A stretch of 64,000 nt of DNA, taken from NCBI GenBank assembly GCA_964451365.1, contig CAYVIB010000030.1, forward strand, positions 4,789 to 68,788, written 5' to 3'. Origin of the DNA: an uncultured Cellvibrionaceae bacterium. GTDB taxonomy: Bacteria > Pseudomonadota > Gammaproteobacteria > Pseudomonadales > Cellvibrionaceae. The notes below the pieces were generated by a model. It did not search any database, was not told where the DNA came from, and worked only from the letters and a program-made list of their open reading frames with translations. Each line of letters starts with the position of its first letter. The stretch's first letter is position 1. The translations under genes and the position numbers were made by a program. Positions 19,901 through 32,400 of this stretch are shown here, in pieces.

Positions 19901-20420
19901 CCGCCAATACCGCTTCACACTCCGTTTCAACATCGGAACCTGCCGGAATGTTCACAAGGTCGACCCTGAAATCGAACGAATCCTTGATTTTCTGGACCGG
20001 TCCCGCGCTGGTATTTATGTAAACGGTGCGGAGTATCTCATGACGTTGTATAACCTTGGCAAATGCCTCCGAAAGAATGTCCACATTCACAAGCCCCATC
20101 ACGTCATAACTGACAACCATGTTGTACTGGTTGCTACCCCCGCCCAACTGGTCTATAAACCATAGCCTTTGTTGAGAGAATGAAAGCGGAAGATCGCCTG
20201 TTCTTCTTGCCTTTGTAATGGGAGGCTGATAACCAGAAGTGCCCGGTGTATCCAGTTTGGCAAGAAGCGAAACCAACACGGTTTTGTTCTCACGAATTTG
20301 CATAGCCATTTCATCGGTGATAGCACCTGCCTGGCTACGGGTTTTGAGCCTGCCGTTTTCCAGATAGACTTTAATTCCGGCTTCCTTCAGTGACGACAAC
20401 AACTTCAGCGCATCATTCAT
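16983..20420 (-). CDS. NRPS, module 6: dock-C-A(Cys-type)-T
   Basis: I start it at ATG 20418-20420 (MNDALKLLSSLKEAGIKVYLENGRLK, a docking domain), 1 nt after the TGA (20422-20424) of the upstream gene. Motifs: C HHIASDGWS, A LAYVIFTSGSTGEPKG with FDLSVYD, code DLYNLSLVW (Cys consensus DLYNLSLIW), T FFDIGGHS, tail DAEEFLI. Confidence 0.9.
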   Translation of the reverse strand: MNDALKLLSSLKEAGIKVYLENGRLKTRSQAGAITDEMAMQIRENKTVLVSLLAKLDTPGTSGYQPPITKARRTGDLPLSFSQQRLWFIDQLGGGSNQYNMVVSYDVMGLVNVDILSEAFAKVIQRHEILRTVYINTSAGPVQKIKDSFDFRVDLVNIPAGSDVETECEAVLADEVGYTFNLSRDLMLRATYIKLPSVDATGILLINIHHIASDGWSLEILVREFFACYAAVSESREVDLPPLVLQYADYACWQRNADSQSLYARQLQYWDGQLKNVAPVHNLPLNGSRSMERTFRGDEVRGRLESSIAAKLEDLAIKWQVTPFMLFHAALCIVIARHTNSHEVIIGTPVANRPNAELQSMIGFFVNTVVLKINTDFEDLRSYLEHVRTTHLEAQENQDIPFDKLVEELNVARRADVTPLFQIMLTTVNEFSPGGAHKNEITLPGVALRERGHPCVAARFDLEFDISLTDTGISTKVIYDTDLFEQRYVERINQHVINTLTEIANRPQVKLRQIDFLSDAERRLLLEASPGEQVERPAHCLHEFFLRQVVKQPDGIALYDADGYMTYSELFVYAYSFYLYLKELKLEVESLVAVRLPKGRWQLIATLAIMMSGCAYLPLEVRWPNARCQRVLAKSGCSYMFVSSPEDAIEGVGSILVNDIVIADIDAVTTAGALPRRAGPDNLAYVIFTSGSTGEPKGVAIEHGAAVNTLLDINARYQVSASDKILAASLLTFDLSVYDFFGLLAAGGRVVIPEDGRTIDPEHWLTLVEQEGVTLWNTVPLSAALLADQLDYKNRQCTAPLRHILMSGDWIDVKLPARLRHKFPRAHLHSLGGATECSVWSIHYPIEGDTDSWRSIPYGKPLSNQAFYILDQELQLTPLGVAGELFIAGDGLAREYYGDQALTEKAFFHHPTLGSRLYRTGDLGRYLPDGNIEFLGRADHQVKIRGYRIELGEIENTIGGFGEVDSCVVTTREDSTNQKRLIAYIKPIAGAVGDAAALRAALSTTLPNYMVPDAIVPVESWPLSSNGKLDKSALPDPADFFTTCDYVEAKTDTEKELVQIWSTLLDLKENVISVTSGFFDIGGHSLLAIRLVAAINNIYPGAVNIQNVFSHGSIRSIAELIDRNLSLVKLEKEISQTQDAEEFLI

Positions 20421-20421
20421 A

Positions 20422-23400
20422 TCACCACTCCATCTCCTCGATTGCGTTTCCGGGCATTTCGTCCTCACCCTCAACCAGTTGGGCCAGCTGATCCAATTCG
20501 CGCATGTGGTTTGCCAGCGATGCAATCGTCGAGCGTTCGAACAGGTCCCTGATACGCAGTTGAACATTGAGGGAACCGTTGATTTCGTTAATCAACCGGT
20601 GCACCAGCAAAGAGTGGCCTCCAAGATGAAAGAAGTTTGACTCGATACTCACCTTTGGCTGGTTAAGAATTTTTTGCCAAATGGCCTGTAAACTTCGCTC
20701 AAGTGCGTCACGAGGCTCTACATAGTCCTCATCGTCAAGGGGTACCCATTTTGGCAGGCTGCCTTTACCAATTTTCCCATTGTCGGTTAATGGAAAACGC
20801 TCCAGCAACAGATAAGCCTGCGGCACCATAAAGGCCGGCAAACGGTTTTCCAACTCCGATTTTATTTCCGGCACAATCTGTCGCGAGATGGATCGCAACT
20901 GCGGGGCACTGACCAGACTCGTCTTTCTTATTACTGTGTAGGGTTGAACAACGGGTTTATTCCGCATATTGAGCGGGATAAAAAGCAGGTCCAGCTTGTG
21001 TAGTGACTGCTGGTTCCAGGTTGCTTTGAGTTCAAAACCATGATCGCGAGCAAGTAATGTCAGCCTATGCAAATCATCACAGGCAACGCGTGAGACAGAT
21101 TCCTTGAGCGGCAGGATATCCCCATCAATAACTGTCTTCAAATTCTTTTCCGCACGCACATCGTTTTCGATCCGTCGGTTGGGATATGCGTACACGCCGA
21201 AAGCAGTTTTTGATTCCGCCAGTTGGCTTCGCAAGTGGTCTTTATCTAGCCACCTGCACCATTTGTCAGCGACTTTCGCCTCAATCGGAGATTTGTGCAG
21301 CACGACATCATACCGGTAACGCATCATCTCATTCATTGAAACGCCTTCCTTGACCAGAATGTCCACTCTTCCTATTTCGGGCATTCTTTCCGGAAGCAAT
21401 GAGAAGTATGACGGACTAAAAAGCAGCTCTTCCTCTTTCTGCATCGCCGAAACCGCATGCTGGTAGACAATGTCCGTTTGCATGTCTTCGGTCGATTGAT
21501 AAAGGGCGACCGAGGTCGCAAATGCCGCGAGCAGATCGAAGTTGCGAATATCACCCAGCAGGATTTTTCCGCCTGGCTCCAGGTGGTCAAGCAGCTTTAC
21601 CAGCATGTCGTGGAAATACTTTTCACTGGGGAAGTACTGCACCACCGAATTGATAACCACGGTGTCGAAGCAAGCGTTTTCAAGGTTGGAGATTATCTGC
21701 GCGTCCCCGTGAAGAAATTTCACATGATCCCATCCCTTGCGCTGGACTCCATTTCTCACTTTTTCAAGCGCCTGCCGCGACAGATCGGTGACGGTAACTG
21801 AAGTACAATCAGCGCCATACCGGTATAAAAGCATGCCGGTGCCAACTCCAACCTCCAGTAAATGTTTTGGCTGCAACGCCCGGATACGTTCAATGGTCCC
21901 TTCAACCCATTCCTGCATTTCCGCCAGTGGAATCAACTCATTTCGGTAGCTGCATTGCCAGCCGGTAATATCGGTCTCGGGCTCTATGTCGTCATTGCCG
22001 CCTGAGTTGGCGTAGGTATCGTCGAATATTCCCTGCCAGGATTCAACCCCGTCAGTGTCCCTGCTTCCATCGTAACGTTGCAGTAATTGCTCGCTCGGTC
22101 TCAGGTAAGCAACCAGCGTTTCGCTGTCGTCATTTAGTTTTTGGGGTACCACCAGCGCTTCCTCAATGCATGGGTGACGCTGGAGCTGGTATTCGATCTC
22201 CCCCGTTTCTATCCGGAATCCCCGCACCTTGACCTGGCTGTCAATTCTTTTAACGTACTGCAGGTTGCCATCGCTCAGACGTTTTACAAGATCGCCCGAG
22301 CGATACCACCGTCTGACCGGCCCGCCGTCGAAAGACGCTGTAATAAATCGCTCCGACGTTAATTCGGCTTGGTTCAAATATCCCCTCGAAACGCCGGAAC
22401 CCGCGACCAATAATTCGCCTTCCACATTGACCGGCTGCAGTTCCAAATAACGATTGCAAACGATTGCCGTCAGATCCGGCAGAGGCGCACCGATAATACC
22501 TGTACGCCCGTCGTCTTTGGTTACCTCGTAAAAGGTGACATGGACGGTAGTCTCGGTAATGCCGTACATGTTGATCAGCCTGGTTCTGTCGGCAATCTGG
22601 TGATCAAACCAGGAATTCAGTTTCTTCCTCTGGAGCCCCTCGCCTCCGAAAATCACAAAGCGCAGCGCATCCAATGAGGAAGATTTGAGTATTTCACTGC
22701 TCAACGGATAGAACGCGGAGGGCGTCTGGTTTAATACCGATACGCGATGACGTTTCAACAGATCGCAGAAATGTCGAGGTGACTGTGCTGTTTCAATGGG
22801 CACAATAACCAATGTGCCACCGTAGATCAGCGCGCCCCAAATCTCCCAGACAGAAAAATCAAAGGCATACGAGTGATACAACGTCCAGACATCATCACTG
22901 CCGAAACCAAACAATGCATCCGAGGCGGAAAATAAACGTGTGATATTGCCGTGCTCAACCATGACGCCCTTCGGGTTTCCTGTCGAACCGGAGGTATAGA
23001 TGATATAAGCGAGATCGGACTGAGTGACTACACGATCATTGAGATTATCATCACCGAATTCGGGTATTCGGCTATCGTCAACGACAATAACTTCATATTC
23101 CTCTCGGGCAACCCGCTCAACCAGGTCGGCGTGGCCAACAATAAAGCGCACACCGGAGTCCTTGAGCATATATGCAAGGCGTGAATCCGGATACGCGGGA
23201 TCGAGCGGCACATAGGCACCGCCGGACTTCAGAATGGCAAGCAACCCGACAATCAGATCAGGCGATCGCTCCATGCTCAAGCCCACCAGATCGCCCACCT
23301 GAACGCCTCTTGCAACCAGGCAATGCGCGAGGCAATTGGCGCGGCTGTTTAACTGTTGATAGGTGATCTCATCGTTTTCATAAACAAGCGCAACCTGATC

Positions 23401-26400
23401 AGGGGCTCTTTCCGCCTGTCGTTCAAACAGTTGATGAACGCAGAGGTCCTGCCAAGTATCAGGTTGCACCACGACGCCGGAAATAGCTTTTTTCTCGTCG
23501 TCAGCCAACAGTGGAATATTCCACACCGGAACATTACTGTTATCGAGCACCGCATTCAGCATCACAAAATAACTGTCAGCCATTTGCTGAATAGACGCGC
23601 GATCGAAGAGATCCGTATCGTAAATCCAATCAATGGCAAGCTCGCCGTCGACTTCCTCGACCAATAAATGCAGATCAAATTTGTTATCGCTGTGTATCCG
23701 CTCCTGGGGAGTGATCTCCAGGTCGGGCAAGGTTATCTCCCCGGCCTCCGTGTTTTGCAGCACGAACATAATCTGGAAAACCGGGTTATGGGTCAGCGTC
23801 CGTTCCGGATTAAGTTCTTCAACCAATAGATCAAATGGCATTTGCTGATGGTTGAACGCATCCAAGATGTGTCCCTTGTTGTTCTTGAGCAGTTCGGCAA
23901 AGCCTGGGTTGCCGGAGGTATCGGTCCGCAGTACGAGGCTGTTTACGAAAAACCCGATAAGCTGTTCGACTTCCAATCGATCCCGCCCTGATACGGCGGT
24001 GCCCATGACAATATCGGTCTCATTACTAAACCGGCTTATCATCACGGCAAACAGTGTTTGCAGGTACATAAACAAAGTGACTTCATGCTTCCTGCATGCT
24101 GCGTCAACAGCCGATGTCACACGCCTGTCAAGAGTTCGCGTCAACAAGCTGCCCCGGAAACCCGGCTGGGCCGGCCTCGACTTGTCGAGCGGCAGATTAT
24201 GTTCGAGTGGAATCCCTTTTAATCTTTCCTTCCACCAGGTTAAATCGTCGTTAACACGATCGTCACTCAAATATTGTCGTTGCCAGTGAGCATAGTCTTC
24301 ATACTGAACAGGCAGATCAGGTAACGCGGGGTCACAATGTGCAGTGTAAGCTTTATAAAGCTGGCTGAATTCATTGGCAAATATACTCATCGACCAGCCG
24401 TCAGAGGCAATATGGTGCATATTGTACTGAAGGATGTAATGTTCGTCCGGCAGACTGATCAGGTTGAACCGGATTGGAATAGCGTTTTCCAAATCGAAAC
24501 AATGTTCACCCTCTCCGAACAAAACCTTATCGGCTTTCTGGTTTGCCTCTTGCCATGGCAGGGTGCTGAAATCCAGCTCGGTCAGCGGTAAATCAAATTC
24601 CGCGTGAACAAACTGGTAAGGCTTGCCGTCGCTTTCCCGAAAGCTGGTACGCAGTATTTGGTGTCGCCGGATAATTTCTTCCAACGCACGTTTAACCGCG
24701 CTATAGTCCACACGGCCCCGCAAGTGGAATCCGCCGGGCATGTTGTACTCCGGGGTTCCCCCGTTCAACTTATTGATAAACCAGAGTCGCTGTTGTGCGA
24801 ATGACAAAGGAGGAAATTCAGATCCGGCGACCCGATACATATTGGTGTCTGTATCTGTCGCGCCGGATTCGATAATCAGTGCAATTTCCCTGATTGTGGG
24901 CTTCTCAAATAGCGTTCTAAGCGGAAGCTCTATCTTGAATACTTCCCTGACCTGACTGGCAAGTCGAAGGGCGAGCACGGAATGCGCACCAAACTCGAAA
25001 AAGTTGTCCAGCACACCGATCTGCTTCACACCGAGCAACTCCTGCCAAATGTGGCAGAGTTTCGATTCAATATCATTCGTTGGAGCGACGTAATTATGAC
25101 TTGAATGTTCACGGAAATCGTAATCCGGCAATGCCTTGTAATCCACTTTCCCGTTCGCTGTCAGCGGCAAGGCTTCCATGGCGATGTAAGCAGTGGGAAT
25201 CATATAATCCGGCAGGCGACTCTGCAGCGCCTCTCTCAAGCGCGGGCCGAATTCAACTGAATCGGTGTTTTTATCGTGCGGAACCAGGTAAGCAACAATC
25301 TGTTTTGATTCCCCCTCGCCCCGAATCATTACCACGGCTTTATCAATTTCGTCCAGCGCCACCAACTGCGCCTCGATTTCCCCCAGCTCTATGCGAAAGC
25401 CCCGCAATTTAACCTGGTGATCGACCCGACCGAGAAATTCGATATTTCCATCCGGAAGATAACGCCCCATATCTCCCGTACGATACAACTTCTGATTTAA
25501 TTGTGGATGCCAGATAAAACGAGCCGCGGTCTGCGATTCGTCACCGCAGTATCCGCGGGCGACTCCCCTGCCTCCAATATGTAGTTCACCGGGAATACCC
25601 TGCGGGACCAATTGGCCTGCTTCGTTTAAAATAAAAAATCTTTGTCCGTGTAGAGGCTTGCCGTAGGGAACACTTTTCCAGCGAGAGGTATCCTGCAGGA
25701 TGGGATAATGAATCGACCAGATTGAGCCTTCGGTTGCGCCGCCCAGACTATACGTTTTACAACCGGGAAATGCTTTCCACAGCCTGGCGGGTAGATCGGG
25801 GGCTATCCAGTCACCACTCATAAGTACCTGCTTGAGCGCTGATGTGGCAGTCCGATTCTGTAGCTCAAGTTGCTCAACAAGAAGTGAGGCGGATACCGGC
25901 ACGGTATCCCAAACCGTAACGTTGTGGGCTTCCACCATTTCGAGCCAGTGTCCCGGATCCATCGCCTTGTCGTCTTCAGGAAACACCACTGTGCCACCAA
26001 CAGCCAAAAGACCAAAAAGATCGTAAACAGACAAATCGAAACTCAGGGCGGAAACCGCGAGCACGGAGTCCCGATCGTTGATGCCGTATTCCTGGTTTAT
26101 GGTCAGCAGCGTGTTGACGACGGCCTGGTGTTCAATCTCGACGCCTTTTGGCTCACCGGTCGAACCCGATGTGAATATGACGTAAGCCAGCGTCTCGGGC
26201 GTTTGCAACCGTTTAAAACGCTTTGCCACTCCAACCGACTCTTTGCTGTCGATGCCTTTAACCAGCGCGCCTGGTTTCAGGCTGGTGACACCGGACTGGG
26301 TCAAGTCAGAATCGCTGACGATATAACGGCACTGCGCTTTTTCGCATATCCGGGCGCATCTGTCGGCAGGCCATTTTACTTCCATCGGAAGATACGCACC

Positions 26401-29400
26401 GCCTGCCATCATAATACCCAATGTTGCAACCAACTGACCGCGCCCTTTGGGTAAACGAATACCGACACGCTCCTCGCAATGTATGCCCAGGTCAGACAAG
26501 TGCTGGTACAGTGCATACGCCTCGGCAAACAACTCGGCATAAGTCATGCTACCGAACTCATCCCTTAGCGCGATATTCCCGGGGAATTGCGTCACGCTCC
26601 TGATAAAGAGTTCATGCATGCAAATGTCGCTTGGGAATCCTTCACCTGTACGGTTGAGATCACGGACGAGGTGTTCACGCTCTCTGTCACCCACCAAAGG
26701 CAGCGCCAAAATATCCTGGTCAGGCTGCTGAATGACGGAAAAAACCAGATTTTTGAAATGATCCGCCATCCGGGCAATTGTGGATTCGCGGAAAATGTCA
26801 GTATTGTATTCAAACGTCAGCCGGAGTTGATCAGCCGCCTCCTTTGCATGAAGCACCAGATCCAACTTCGCAAACATCTGTTTCGGTTCGTAGGGTTCGA
26901 TTATCGCACCGGGAATCGCCAGGTCCATCTGCTCGTTGTTATCCATCGAGAACATAATCTGGAACAGCGGCGAATGGCTCCTGCTTCTGGTGGGGTTAAT
27001 TACTTCCAACAGCTGTTGAAAAGGTAGATCCTGATTCTTTTGAGCTTCGAGGTTTACTTCCTTAACGTGCTGTAAATAGTGCGGAAAACTTTTACCGGCT
27101 GAACAATCGGTACGCAGAACAACGGTGTTGACAAAGAATCCAACCAAAGCCTCCAGGCTCTTGTTCGGCCGATTAGCCACGGGAACGCCAATAACGATAT
27201 CTTTTTCGTTGGAGTAGCGTGCCAAAAGCAAAGAGAACACGGCGTGGAGAGCCATGAAGAAAGTTACGCCTGAATCCCCGGCGACCTTTTTCAACTGCGA
27301 CACCTGCTCTTTGCCCAGGCCAAACTCAAAAATCGCGCCATTGAAACTCTGTTCCCGTGGGCGTGGTTTATCGAGAGGCAGGCTGTGCACTTGCGGTAGC
27401 CCGGACAGTTTAGAGGTCCAGTAATCCGCCTGGTCCTGAAGCCTGCCTTCGCCGATTTCACCGATTAACCAGTTTGCATAATCAATGTATTGCAATGGCA
27501 ATGGTTCAAGAAAAACAGGTTCGCCCAGGAGGTAACCTCGATACAGCTCTACAAATTCCTTAATGATGATTGATAGCGACCAGCCATCGGAAGCAATGTG
27601 ATGCATGTTCAGCACGAAAACGCCATCCGATTTCTCTTCACTTGCACTGAGCTCAATAAAGGCGCAGCGCAACATCAGGTCGGCATGCAGGGAGAAGGGC
27701 TTTTGCAGCTCTTCGTTTATTGCCTCTTCAAGCGCCTTTTCTTTTTCCCGGTCTGTTAACCCTGACAAATCAATCCGGTTGATCACAAACTCGGAAGGCG
27801 GGTTGATTATCTGTACCGGCCCGGATTCACCATTTACATAAACGGACCTTAGAACCTCGTGTCTTTCGACAATATCAGCCAGTGCCTGTTGAGCGCTGGC
27901 AAGGCTGAACTTTCCGCTCACTCTGAGGAAAGCAGGTATATTGTAAGCCGCTCCGCTTTCCTGCATGCGGTCTATGAACCACATACGCTGTTGATGGAAA
28001 GAAAGCGGGTAATCATTGCGATTGCGTTCAAGCGGCTCGATATGGGTTTTCGCAACCGGCGCCTCATGCTCTCTCAACAGCTCAGCCAGGCGACTGACAG
28101 TCTGCCGTTCAAAAAGCGCACTTATCGAAATGTCACAGCCAAACGTTTCCCGAATTTCGGAAATGAGTCGAACACCAAGTAAAGAATGACCTCCCAGTTC
28201 AAAAAAGCTTGTCTGGATCCCTATTTCCGTTTGATCCCGCTTAAGTATCCTCGCCCAGACACCCACAAGACTGCTTTCAATTTCGTCTCCTGGTGGAACA
28301 TACTGCTTTGTTAAATCTGAAATTTCCGGTTTGGGCAGATTGCGTTTGTCAATTTTTCCGTTGGTGGTTCGCGGAAGTGCATCGAGCACCACGTAAGCGG
28401 CGGGATGCATGTATTCCGGCAGGTGTTTGTCCAGGCTTTCCTTAAGTGCCGGCAGCAGCCGGCCAGCCGATTCCCGACCTTCCCGGCTTACCAGATACGC
28501 AGCAATATACTTTTCGCCTGGTTCATCTTCCCGCACAACGACAGCGCAGGAGGAAAACAGTCCGGTATGGTTAATATGGTTCGATATTTCTCCCAACTCA
28601 ATACGGAATCCGCGGATTTTTACCTGATCGTCCATTCTTCCGCAGTAAGCGAGATTACCATCAGGCAGGTACCTGGCCAGATCGCCGGTTCTATACAGGC
28701 GATCTTTACTATCGAGTCCAAACGGGTTCGGCATGAACCTCTCTTCAGTCAGTTCGGGCCGATTCAGGTAGCCGGTCGCCAGGCCGGCCCCACCAATATA
28801 AAGTTCGCCGGTTGCGTACTTTGGTACCAGGTTTTTATTACTGTCCAGAATGTAGATTTTCTGGTCATCAAGCTTGCGGCCAATGACGGATGAAGACGGT
28901 AGCTCTTGTGGCACCTTCCAATACGAGGCATGTACTGTTGTCTCTGTAATACCGTACATGTTGATGAAATCAACGCTCAAGTCGGGAAAACCCTGTCGCC
29001 ATGGCAGGATAATAGAGGGCTCGAAAGCTTCACCGCCAAATACGACATAACGCAAACTGGCGAGCCCGGTTCCGCCCGCTAACGCCGCCTCCGAAAAAGT
29101 TTTAAATGCGCTGGGCGTCTGGTTTAAAACTGTTACTTTTTCGTCCAGGCACAACTGCACGAATTTTTCAGTATCTTTAATCGTAATTTTGTCGGGCACC
29201 ACCAGTTTTCCGCCAAAAAACAACGCTCCCCAAAGCTCCCAGACACTGAAATCGAACGACATGGAATGGAATAGAACCCAGACATCGGATTCATCGAAAT
29301 CGAAATAAGGCTGGGTGGTAGAAAAAAGCCGGATCGCATTCTTATGTGTTTGTACCACCCCTTTAGGATTTCCGGTGGAACCTGATGTATAGATAATATA

Positions 29401-32400
29401 AGCTACGGATTCCGGATCGACTTCAACGCCTGCCCCGGGAAGTCGAACAGTCGCACCATCGTGCCTCTTTTCTCCCACATCAATAATCGTCATATCGCGT
29501 CCTGCAAACCGCTCCGCCAACTGTCCGTCGGTCACCAGGAACTGAAGCTGACAATCATTAATAATGTATTCCAATCGGGAATCCGGATAGTTCGGGTCCA
29601 TCGGTACATATCCGCCACCGGCTTTAAGAATGGCGATAATCCCCGTTACCAATTCAAAGGATCTATCAACACATAGTCCAACCAAGGTACCGGGAGAAAC
29701 ACCCTCTTCCAGAAGCGTTGCGGCAATACAGTCCGCCTGATGATTAAGCTCCCGATAAGTGAGTTTCCGCGAGCCAAAGCTCAGCGCCACGGCATCCGGA
29801 GTGCGTTTCGCCTGAGCCTCAAATAACCGGTGAATGAGTGAATGTTCCGGCAACCTGTTTTCAGTTCGGTTGAGCGTAACGAGTAGCTCGTCAATTTCAA
29901 ACTGCGACAGCAACGGCAGCTGTGAAACGCGTCGGACCGACGTTTTTTCGGGCGAATGAGATATATCAACAAGCCCAATCAGCAGGTTAATAAAATGGTT
30001 CTGAATCTGCTTGATGTGTTCACGGGAGAACAGACGGCTGTCATAAACCCAATCCAGGTTGACTCCATCCTCATTGATATCCACCCCAATTTCCAGATCG
30101 AACTTTGCATTGATGTTCTCATACGCAACCGGTGAGACTTCCACGCCGGCAAGATCCAGGCGCGCTTCACTACCGGAAGCAAAACTCGTATTGGTGGTAA
30201 GCATGATCTGAAAAACGGGTGTATGCAGACGCGATCTCGGTACATTAAGACTTTCCACCAGTTCCTCAAACGGCACGTCCTGATTGTCCTGGGCGGAGAT
30301 ATGAACATCCCGGACATGCGCAAAGAATTCGGCCACCGTCATGTCAGCAGTGTTCAGCCTAAGCACCAGCGTATTGACGAACCCGCCGATTAAACCCTCC
30401 AGTTGCTCGTGCATTCTATTCGCAACAGGTGTTCCAATGACTATATCCTGGCTGTTGCTATGGCGAGAAAGCACCAGCGCAAGTGCGCTGTGAGCCACCA
30501 TGAAAGGCGTGATCCGGTGATGATTTGCCAGCTCTGAAATACCCGCGGCAATGTGCTTTGGAAGCGTCGACTTCACGCTTCTGCCCTTGGGGCTGCCTTC
30601 TTCCACCCTGGGGTAATCGGTATTAATACCATGTAGTGCCGGTATATCGCTTAACTGCTTTCTCCAGTAATCCATCTGCCTGCGCAGCCGATCCTTATTG
30701 AGATATTCCGCCTGCCACTGCGCAAAATCCGAATACTGAATGGAGAGCTCAGGCAGTACCGATTCAAGTCGACCAGACCCGGAAGCGTAAAGCGTGGAAA
30801 GTTCCTTCACCAGAATTTGCAGGGACCAGCCATCCGAAGCTATGTGGTGCATATTAAACAGGAGCATTCCCTTGGTGCGTTTGCCTTCAATCCTGCTTAA
30901 TAGCACATAGGCAACCCGGATCATCAAATCGATTTCCAGGTCGAACGGGGCTGCCGCATGCTGCTCCGTCAAATGTTTTGACTGTAAGGCTTTTTCGGTT
31001 TCATTCAGGTGAGACAGGTCTATACGCTCAACAACAAAATCATTTTCCGGCTTTACCACCTGATACAGTCCGTCGCCTGATTCACGATATACCGATCGCA
31101 GTACAGTGTGCCTTTTTAATATGGTTTTGATGCACTCTCCGAGCCGGTCGATATCCAGTTCGCCCTCAACCTCGAAAGCGGCTGGCATATTGTAATCACT
31201 ACCCAGACGATTCAGCTTGTTCAAAAACCACAGTCTTTTCTGGGAAAACGTCAGCGGGTAACGTCCATCTTCAGACTCCCGTGGTGTTATTTCCGATAGA
31301 GGATCAACTGGTGAACCCGTATTGAGCCGAGCGGCCAGCGCTCGAATGGTAGGATATTCAAACACATCTCTTAGCGCGATATCCGACTGTAACTTCTGCC
31401 GCACTCTGGAAACCAGCTTGACCGCCAAAAGGGAGTGACCGCCGATTTCGAAAAAACTTTTATTGACGCTTATACGGTTTTCTTCCAGCCCCAACAGCTC
31501 ACTCCAGATTGCTGCCAGCCCAGCTTCCAGGTCCGTTTGTGGAGCAAGATAATCGTCACCCGACAAACATGTATCTATTGTCGGCAGGGCTTTACGATCA
31601 ATTTTCCCATTAGCCGTCAACGGCCATTGGTCAATTGGAATATAGACGGAAGGCAACATATATTCCGGTAACACGGCAGCCAGCAATTGCTTGGCAGCGC
31701 CGAGAGTCTCCCCACCATTGGCACCATCGCTTTCTAACTGCACATAAGCCACCAGCAGTTTTTGATTATCGGCACCTGTCACCGCGGCGACGAGGCAACT
31801 TTTTATCCCGTGGCAATCTTGTAACCGGCTCTCAATTTCGCCAAGCTCAATACGAAACCCGCGAATTTTTACCTGATTATCCGTACGGCCGATATACTCA
31901 ATGTTACCGCAGGGAAGATAACGAACAAGGTCACCGGTACGATACAGGCGCTCGCTTGAGTCACCCGAAAATGGGTTGACAATAAAACGCTGCTCGGTCA
32001 ACTCCGGCTTGTTCAGATAACCTCTCGCAAGGCCAACCCCACCGATAAATAATTCACCTATACTGCCTAAAGGACACAAGTTGAGGTGGTCATCCAAAAT
32101 ATACAGAGAAATATTCTGTATGGGTTTTCCGATGGGGACAGAGCGATAACCGTTGAGTTCTTCACAATTGAAACTGGTTACGTCGATTGCCGCTTCGGTG
32201 GGTCCGTATAAATTGTGCAGCGTTGCCCGGAAACCCCGCTCCCGAAACTTACAGACGCTTTCGACCGGCAACGCCTCGCCGCTGCAGAAGACTTGCCTGA
32301 CGCTATCGCCAAGGTATGCTAACGGTGAAGCGAGAAATACATCGAGCATTGAGGGTACGAAATGCAGCGTGGTCACCCTCTCCCGGTTAATTATCTCACT

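Noticed and set aside
20421-20567. N-terminal 49-codon extension of the ORF-track entry 16983..20567
   Set aside because: It overlaps the 3' end of the upstream NRPS gene in another frame. The docking-domain sequence starts exactly at the internal ATG (20418-20420), 1 nt after the upstream TGA, as at the other junctions.
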